Below are positions 28,301-36,139 of a DNA stretch of 36,139 nt, piece after piece. Source of the DNA: Aduncisulcus paluster (taxonomy: Eukaryota); assembly GCA_024181965.1 (NCBI GenBank), contig BQXS01012625.1, positions 1 through 36,139 of the forward strand. Direction: 5' to 3'. Positions within the stretch are counted from its first letter, which is position 1, and each line of letters begins with the position of its first letter. The notes under the pieces are model-generated. The model did no database searches. It saw nothing but the letters and a program-made list of their open reading frames with translations, and was not told the origin of the DNA. The translations under genes and the position numbers were made by a program.

Positions 28301-31300
28301 AATCGCCGATCCATCGCCTCTTTATCACCTCGAATATCTTTCAACCATTGATTTGAGTAACAATCCTTTGTGCGGAACTGATCCTCAGGCAGCTTTGGCA
28401 TCCAAATTTGTCTCTTCTCCCACAGTAACATTTTCTTCCTCCTCAGAATGTGAATGTGGTGAGAATCCTTCTTTGAGTGAAAATCTTATATGCAGTGAGA
28501 CTAAACCTGGATCTGGTTCATGGTATGTTGTGTGTGCTAGTAATTCATACACGTCATACACATCTGCTGAGGACTTTACATGCACTCAGCCAGATTCATC
28601 CACCACGAACTGTTCTGGAGGGTGTGAGTATGGATATGAGTGTAGATATCTTGGTGATGAAGTGATTGATGGTGTTACATATTCTACTGGAGAGTGTCAG
28701 CAAGTGATTGTCGATCCATATTTACATGATTATGTTGCTGATTTGTTTGTTGATGTTGATGGTACCACACCCAACTATTTACACCGAACAGATGATACTC
28801 TCTCTCTATTCAGTGTTGCTTCTTTGAAGACTATAGTGACTAGTTATGATGGTAATATTCGAATTGGTTATCTAATTTATGAGGATTTACCGAATTATAT
28901 TAGCAATCTCTCTGGAATTGAACATCTTGCTTTTGTTACATATATGTTTTTTCGTTACATTGATACTTTGGATCTCGGGCATCTCAAACTCTTGTCGACT
29001 CTAACAAACCTTAAATATTTATTTTTATTTTCCTATGATTATGGTTCATCTCCCTTTGATTTCCCAGATTTCACGCAACTTAATGATCTTATATCATTAA
29101 ATATCGTCAATTCTATCGTGGTTTTCCCTTCAAATCAGTATGTTCTTCCATCCTCACTCACAAAATTGTACATTTCCTATTGTAATATTTCTCAAGCTGG
29201 ATTTGAAAAGAATCTTGAGAATGTTTCTATTCTTGAACAGTTGTACATGACACGAAATACTTATTTATCCTTCCCTAGTGATGAGCAAATCCTCCCTCCA
29301 ACCATTAAAATCTTAAATATATATGACACTCCAATTTCGCAACAAGGATTTGATATGAATGTGGCGTCAAATAGGTTGCCATCTCTTGAACGCATAACAT
29401 TTGGAGGACCTTCTAATGGCATTACTTCCATTGAATCGTTTTCACCGAATCAATTAAACAATATTGATCGCTTTTCTTTTAGTAATTATAATATTTATGA
29501 TGGATTTAATGAAGTTATTTCTGGAATGACAAATTTGAAGTCCATGTATTTGCATAATTGTAATCTCTTGACTATTCCTGATTTGTCAAACAGTGCATCT
29601 ACTTTGACTGATCTTACTCTTAGCTCAAATAGTGCTATAACCTCTCTTGTTCCCTTGTCAAAGATGGGATTGTATTCGTTGAGTACTCTCAACATCGGAA
29701 GCTGTTCTATATCTGATCTATCTCCATTGTATGATTTCCCCAATATTGAGGAAATTAATTGTTCTAACAACAATATATGTTTTGGAGATGATGGTGTTTC
29801 TGAGCTTCAGGACAAGTTTACCCTATCATCCGGCATTTCTTTCTCTGTGGGATCACAAAGATGTGAATGTTCTTCTGATGATCTCGGCTCGACTCCGATC
29901 ATTGACAATCTTATATGCAGTGAGACTAAACCTGGATCTGGTTCATGGTATGTTGTGTGTGCTAGTAATTCATACACGTCATACACATCTGCTGAGGACT
30001 TTACATGCACTCAGCCAGATTCATCCACCACGAACTGTTCTGGAGGGTGTGAGTATGGATATGAGTGTAGATATCTTGGTGATGAAGTGATTGATGGTGT
30101 TACATATTCTACAGGGGAGTGTCAGCAAGTGATCGTTGATGAGAACTTGCATTCATGTGTTACGAGTCTGTTTGGAGCTGATGATTTCGCACATCGAACA
30201 GAATCTGATCCTTCTCTCTTCAGTGTCGCTTCTTTGAAGACTCTTGAAAGTAGTTATGATAGTGATACGAATGAATATTCCATCTCTTTGTCGTGTTCTA
30301 ATGTTGTAATATCTGAACTATCTGGAATAGAACATGTTGGAAATATTTTAGAAATTATTCTTGAAAACTCTTCTCTTCCAAACTTTTCTCTTTCTAATAT
30401 ATCAACTCTCGATAACTTAGAGTCGTTGAATATTTCCAAAAATCCATCATTAACATCTCTTCCTAACCTATCCGAATTTCCTCTCAAATACCTTGATATT
30501 CGTTGGACAGACATAAGTTTGCCTTCAACAACAAATGTGGCCTCCTTACTTCCAACTACACTCAGATCTCTATCAATATATGATACTCCAACCGATCAGG
30601 CTGGATTTAACATTCACGTTTGTGCCGAACACCTCCCAAATTTAAAGACCCTTATATTGGGCAATACTACTTCTATTTCCTCCATATCCATGGTATCATC
30701 GTCGCTCACAACTCTTGGGATCGGAGATACTTCTTCAATTAATCTTGATGATCTTCAGTCCAAATTGGATTCAATGGGCAACTTAGTTGCTGTTATATTG
30801 AAAAATATCGGTTTGACTTCCATCCCTGATCTTTCTTCCTCAAAGGATTCTTTAACCTCTCTTATTCTCTCAAATAATGGTGAAATTCCATCCGTATATC
30901 CTCTGGCTGAACAAGGATTATCTAATCTCGTAACTTTCAATTGTAACCAATGTTCCATCTCAGACTTATCCCCATTGTATTCCTTGCCGAACCTAATGAC
31001 CATCTCTGTCATTGGCAACAATATCTGCATGGGTTCTGAATCCACAGAAGTTCTTGCTGCGCAGTTCAAAAAGCATGAAGATAGCAAGTTTAGTCTAGAT
31101 CTTGGAGTTGTTGATCTTGAATATGTTCAAAATTGTGAATGTTCGTTAGATAATATTGGATCGACACCAGTGACTTCCAACAAGGTCTGTAGTGAGACTA
31201 AACCTGGATCTGGTTCATGGTATGTTGTGTGTGCCAGTGATGCATACACAACATACACATCAGCTGAGGACTTTACATGCACTCAGCCAGATTCATCATC

Positions 31301-34300
31301 CACAAACTGTTCTGGAGGATGTGAGTATGGACAAGAGTGCAGATATCTTGGTGATGAAGTGATTGATGGTGTTACATATTCTACTGGAGAGTGTCAGCAA
31401 GTGATCGTTGATGAGCACCTACATTCTTATGTTGCGAGTATGTTTGGAGCTGATGATTATACACATCGAACAGACTCTGATCCTTCCCTCTTCAGCGTCG
31501 CTTCCTTAAAAATGTTCTCAGACGATTCAGAATTGACCGGTTCTGGCGATGATATTTCCACTTTCGATGGGATTGAACATTTTAGAACTCTGAGTTCAAT
31601 TGATTTAACCTGTTCAGAATCCACTTCAATGTCTCCATTTATTTCCCTCTCTCCACTCTCGATACTCTTTTCCCTTGAGTCATTGACATTGAGTAATTGT
31701 TCTCATTTCTCTGATTCCATCCCTGATCTCGATGGCCTCTCATCTTCTCTAACTGAATTGATCGTTGACAATGTTGCTCTCTCTGATTCTTCAATCTCCG
31801 CGATCTCTCTTTTCTCCGCTCTCAACACTCTCTCATTACACTCATGTGGTTTGAGTGAAATTCCAGAGTTATCATGTGGATCGAGTCTTCTATATCTTGA
31901 TATTGGTGGAAACAGTTCCATCTCTTCACTCCTACCACTGTTTGATTCCTCCATCTCTAACCTTATCCAGCTTGTTGCTGATCACAATTCTATCCGAGAT
32001 CCAACCTCATTGTACGCATTGAGTGACTCTTTATGCACTGTTGATCTTAGTTACAACAAGATCTGTGGAGTTGTGTCCCAGCTTGATTCAGATGACATGG
32101 CAGAATATGAGACATATTGTACAATGGAAGACAGTGTATGTACATCTTTTGACGAACATTTTAATTTAGAAAGTACATGTTCGTCTGCACAGTATGATCT
32201 TACTAATCAACAATCCCCATGTGATTGTTCTTCATTCGTATCTGTTGGGTTGAACAAGGTGTGCAATATTGTGTGGTACGATGACACTGTTGTTCTAGAT
32301 GATGGTTCTCCTTCTCCCATCTATGACATCACTTGCTCAGATTATTCGTATCGGGTGAAGGATTCCTCGAATGATGATGGATTCTCGTGCATTGAGTATG
32401 AGTCAATAAGTGATAACTCTGGGAATGAAGATATTGTTTCTGATTGTCTGTCATGCATGTTATCAGCTTCCTTAGAACATGCAGAATGTGTCGATATTTC
32501 CACGTATGATCCTGCAGAAACCGAAGTAACGGTAAACTGTGTCTGTGATGCTGGTTGGTATGGGTCCTCATGTGATTCACAATGCCCCGTTGTAAGTATT
32601 GATGACATCACAGAATATGTCTGTGGTACCACTATGGATCCTTCACGTGGTGTTTGTAATGTCACAACACATCAATGTGAGTGTTATCTTGGATGGGGTG
32701 GAGACAATTGTGAAGATAATCAATGCTCCATTTCATCTGGAGATGAATCAGAGTTTTGCAATGGGTTTGGAACATGTCTTCAACTCTCTGACACTGCATC
32801 ATATTGTGAATGTGATATTGGACATGGCGGGCCAGATTGTACTGATATTGTATGTCAGTATGATGCTAGCTCAGAATCTTTCTGCTCTGGACATGGCCAA
32901 TGTTTACGTGGAGATGACTATGAATATGCTTGTTCGTGTGATGATGGACATTTCTATTCTCAGGTTGGTGAGGAATGGACATGTGTCTCTGAGTGTGGTT
33001 CTGATGATTATTGTGGCGAACATGGTGAGTGTGTTGGTGATCACACCTGTTGGTGTAATGATGGATATAGTGGTAGTGTCTGTGATGAGCCTACTTGTGA
33101 TGATGATGATGGTACTATTTGCTCTGGAAATGGGTCATGTGTTCGGATGTCTGGAAACAAACACGTCTGTGAATGCAACTTTGGGTTCTCTGGTCTTCTT
33201 TGCTCTGATAACACTTGTGCCTTAGAAATGAATGATGATGATTCTGTTGAGGTTTGTTCAAACCATGGTTCATGTTCTGTGGTCTTTGATGAAGAATCTC
33301 TGACAAGTTCTTACATCTGTGAATGTGACCTTGGATGGTCTGGAACCAGTTGTGAGACTGATATCTGTGGAATGCTCAAAGAGGATGGATCAGAGCAAGA
33401 TGCATCTTTGATATGTTCTGGACATGGTGAGTGTATCAGTGATTCTTCCACCAATTCGAGTACATGTGATTGTCTTGAAGGATGGATTGGAGATACATGT
33501 CAGACTGAGGACTGTGGATGTGATCTCGGTAATTTTCACATGGAGTGTGTTGATGGATCTGTGAGTGGCACTCGTGTATGTGGGTGTAAAACCGGATGGA
33601 TTGGTGAAGACTGTTTTGATTCTGCATGTAATTGCCACTCAAAGGGGATTTGTGATTTGAATGATGCTTTTGAGAATGTTTGTATCTGCAACGAATTGTA
33701 TTCTGGTGATTTCTGTGATGAGTGTGCTGATCTGGATAATTGTGTAATCATCACTGATGGAACAACCATGGAACATTATAACATTCCAACCTTTGATTCT
33801 TGGCTATCACTTCAAGAATTATTTAATTATTCCTCAAAGTCTGTGTTGCCTGCCCTCAGTAGACAACCTATTGCTTCTGTTCCATTCAAGAACTCTTCTT
33901 TTTCATTCGCTAACTCAAGTATCACATCACTTGCTGAATCCAACTCACCACAAATCGTGCAAACATCAGCTGTTATTCAAATGTGTCCCGCTGTAACGTC
34001 ACTTGATTCCCTGGTTATTGCCGATGGAATCTTCATCCTCACTGAGGAATATGGTCTTATGTTTTGCTCAAGGATTCAATCCTTGGATGATGATATTGTG
34101 TGCAAGAGATATGATGAAGAATATGAAGCCTCAGAACAGATATGTTCCTCTCAAACTTCAAAAATGAGTTATCGAAAGATTCAGACAGCATCGAGTGAGC
34201 AACAGTTGTATCCAGATATGCTCTCAACCATCTCTGGGAAACTCATATCCCTCGAACCAATGTATGGAGTTCCTCCTTGTACAAGCTTCTCTGATGGTGT

Positions 34301-34595
34301 CCTGATTCGTGTTTATGAGGATTTCGTTGTGAGATGTGATGGTAACCTTGAAATGTGGGTGTATGCTGGTACAATGAGTCAGGAAACCATTTCATTTGAG
34401 GATGATAATACGTCTGGATCTTTCTCAGAGGATTCTTGGAATGAGGAGTTTGGAATGTTAGGAATTGGGTCCATTCTGAGAAAGCAACCAATAAGATCAA
34501 TTATTTCTAGTAGTGATAATGATGAAAGTGCAAATTCTTTGCAAACAACCCAGCAATTCTGTCCTTTTGCTCAGGTTGCAGGTTTGATTATTTGA
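25369..34595 (+). CDS. Giant secreted/surface protein (~2980 aa): signal peptide, six internalin-like LRR modules with Cys-rich linkers, about 10 EGF-like repeats, unknown C-terminal domain
   Basis: ATG 25369 precedes the hydrophobic LLCQLFLLFWFFICVNS. Removing the 284-nt gap duplication fuses the 680-aa and 2467-aa track ORFs in frame (8943 nt). LxxLxLxxNxIxDxSPL repeats and CxCxxGWxGxxC repeats are present. Confidence 0.88.
26956..27489. other. Scaffold gap (20 N, 27220-27239) with a duplicated flank; assembly overlap artefact
   Basis: 26956-27205 equals 27240-27489 (250 bp), with 14 foreign nt (27206-27219) before the Ns. Confidence 0.9.
28482..28708 (+). repeat. Cys-rich cassette copy A (NLICSETKPGSGSWYVVC...GECQQV)
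   Basis: 227 bp; only two mismatches to copy B seen by eye. Confidence 0.95.
29907..30133 (+). repeat. Cys-rich cassette copy B
   Basis: Offset 1425 from copy A; identical except ACAGGG versus ACTGGA near the 3' end. Confidence 0.95.
31191..31405 (+). repeat. Cys-rich cassette copy C
   Basis: Offset 2697 from copy A; about 13 substitutions in 215 bp by hand count, no indels. Confidence 0.93.
32538..33726 (+). repeat. Tandem array of about 10 tenascin-type EGF-like repeats
   Basis: CVCDAGWYGSSC, CECYLGWGGDNC, CECDIGHGGPDC, CWCNDGYSGSVC, CECNFGFSGLLC, CECDLGWSGTSC, CDCLEGWIGDTC, CGCKTGWIGEDC, CICNELYSGDFC, with CSGHG/CSNHG starts. Confidence 0.9.
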
Positions 34596-35070
34596 CTTGT
34601 GACAATTGAACCACAAAGTGGCTCCACCATATATTACCGCCTCGAAAGGCAAAATAACACAGGGGGTGAAAAATAAATGCTCATTGATCAAGGTCAAGAA
34701 CGGGGCGCTTAGAAGAGCTTCCCAATAGAACCCCGCCTGAAAAAATGCGTTTTTTTACCGGTTCATAAATTCCGAAACGTCAGGTTGGGGAAACATCCAC
34801 TAGGATCAAGGTCTCCATAATCAGAATGGAAATCCATAATACATTACCAGTGCGACGCATCGCAAATTGAATTTGTTCTTTTTAAACTTCCTCGATTTGA
34901 CATAATTATTATATATATTTCTTCATTTTTTAAACAATTCTTTTATTTTTCTTGTTTATTTATTGGTTTCTTGTATTTGGAATTTCCAGGCAAATCGACA
35001 AAATAATTTCTCGTCGAATTATTGTGTTGGACAGCCTTCACTTAACTTCACATTTTGAATTTTGATTAAA

Positions 35071-36139
35071 ATGAGTTCTTCCATTAATTTTAATGACCCT
35101 TATATGTTTTTCAGCTACGTTAAATCTCTTCATATGCAAAAAGGGACTGATTCATCAAAGGTGAGCCGAATTCCAATCATTCGTGAACAAGTAGTTGATT
35201 TATATTCCTTATTCGTACTAGTTGAGTCAAATGGTGGGTTTGATGCTGTGGTAAAGAATAGGCTCTTCCGAAAAATAGCTATTGAGGGTCTTGGGTATCC
35301 AGAAAGTATTTCAAATATTTCTCATACATTAAAGAAACATTACGTTACATTTTTATTACCAATTTATGATGAACTTCTCCAATTGGCATCGACACGCCCA
35401 CCTCCAATTCCAGTTCCGAAAACCGATCTCATCTCAGCTCCATCAACATTTCCTGAGATTCCTGTGGCTCCAATTCCATATCAAGATCCACATATGTCAT
35501 ATTCTATGTTTTTACCCCAGTCCGATCAACCTCCATCAGTTTTTATGCCCAGTAGCGGATCTTCAAGTTCATTTTCCAATTCGGGTGATATTATCCCGTC
35601 AATTATTCAACGCAAAGATGATTCATATGGCACAAGTTCAAAACAGCACCTGAGTGCGACTCCACCTTCGACTGATAGTCTAACCCCAATGGAGTCAACT
35701 ACTAAGGATGAAGAACAAGATGGAATAATAACTCCGGCAAAGAAAGGTGTAACCAACCCATGCCATGCTCGATATGATGCTTCTGTCCCCATTTCTGATT
35801 TTTTGACGGCAGTTGAATCTCTCCTTCATGTCAGTCCATCTCCCGTGCAATCATGTTTTGATCTTTTCTCAACCATCACTCCATCAACCCTTAAGTCATT
35901 ATTTGCTACTTGGAGAGAGTTTGGTATTGGATTCAAGAACACAGCCTTGTCCCTCATCGAAGGTCTCTCAATGGCCATTACAAGCGTATCTGTTTCGGTA
36001 ATTACACGACCCATGATTGGGGATATAATTAGTGAAAATGTGAAGAACTTATGTCTTATCTTTCCAAATATCCCAAAACCAGCTTCTCCCATGGGTTTAT
36101 CCAATCCAAGGCGTCATGCAAGACGGGCTGATGATCAAT
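35071..36139 (+). CDS. ARID/BRIGHT DNA-binding domain protein; runs off the window end
   Basis: Manual translation from AAAATG 35071 is stop-free to the window end: FFSYVKSLHMQKG...RIPIIREQVVDLYSLFVLVESNGGFDAVVKNRLFRKIAIEGLGYPESISNISHTLKKHYVTFLLP is the ARID pattern. A Pro/Ser-rich linker follows. Confidence 0.92.
   Translation, partial: MSSSINFNDPYMFFSYVKSLHMQKGTDSSKVSRIPIIREQVVDLYSLFVLVESNGGFDAVVKNRLFRKIAIEGLGYPESISNISHTLKKHYVTFLLPIYDELLQLASTRPPPIPVPKTDLISAPSTFPEIPVAPIPYQDPHMSYSMFLPQSDQPPSVFMPSSGSSSSFSNSGDIIPSIIQRKDDSYGTSSKQHLSATPPSTDSLTPMESTTKDEEQDGIITPAKKGVTNPCHARYDASVPISDFLTAVESLLHVSPSPVQSCFDLFSTITPSTLKSLFATWREFGIGFKNTALSLIEGLSMAITSVSVSVITRPMIGDIISENVKNLCLIFPNIPKPASPMGLSNPRRHARRADDQ

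Noticed and set aside
28482-31405. Constant repeats with variable spacers as CRISPR-like or DGR template/variable repeats
   Set aside because: The repeats are ~220-bp in-frame coding segments with >1-kb coding spacers. There is no cas or reverse transcriptase gene, and mismatches are not adenine-specific.
32599-33225. 208-aa Met/Val-rich overlapping ORF
   Set aside because: Frame-shifted shadow of the TGT/GAT/GGT-rich EGF codons.
34839-34880. ATACATTACCAG resembling the U1 snRNA 5' end
   Set aside because: Imperfect match to ATACTTACCTG, with no U1 stems or Sm site in the right order downstream.
1-36139. Non-standard genetic code (TAA/TAG = Gln as in hexamitid diplomonads)
   Set aside because: Conserved genes (PIS, USP) end at TAA exactly where expected, and multi-kb ORFs contain no in-frame TAA/TAG.
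1-36139. Prokaryotic or viral origin, mobile elements, tRNA/rRNA
   Set aside because: The gene set is eukaryotic (Arp, USP, ARID, spliceosomal intron). No transposase, integrase, RT, capsid, cloverleaf or rRNA signature was seen by eye.

Overview
Gene-dense, AT-rich, nearly intron-free eukaryotic (protist) genomic DNA in the standard code. From memory, the kinase module and the giant LRR/EGF protein resemble families expanded in the fornicate Aduncisulcus paluster; this is an inference, not a database result. About 12 genes are present: (-) a 3'-truncated multidomain Ser/Thr kinase with a duplicated RRM-like domain (mostly missed by the ORF track), a divergent actin-related protein, and a spliced low-complexity gene whose WD40-like tail is in another frame and carries a perfect hairpin; (+) phosphatidylinositol synthase, a 1362-aa orphan, a USP deubiquitinase, three coiled-coil proteins, a Skp1/F-box-like + LRR + DUSP protein, a ~2980-aa secreted LRR/Cys-rich/EGF protein, and a 3'-truncated ARID protein (missed by the track). 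Three 20-N gaps are flanked by 250-290 bp direct duplications (scaffolding overlaps) that falsely split genes. A fourth, gapless 391-bp tandem duplication is probably the same artefact. The most interesting signals are the near-identical, mosaic Cys-rich cassettes separating divergent LRR modules, the Skp1/F-box-LRR-DUSP fusion, the RRM-like-repeat kinase, and the frameshift-plus-hairpin locus. No rRNA, tRNA, CRISPR array or transposase was seen.
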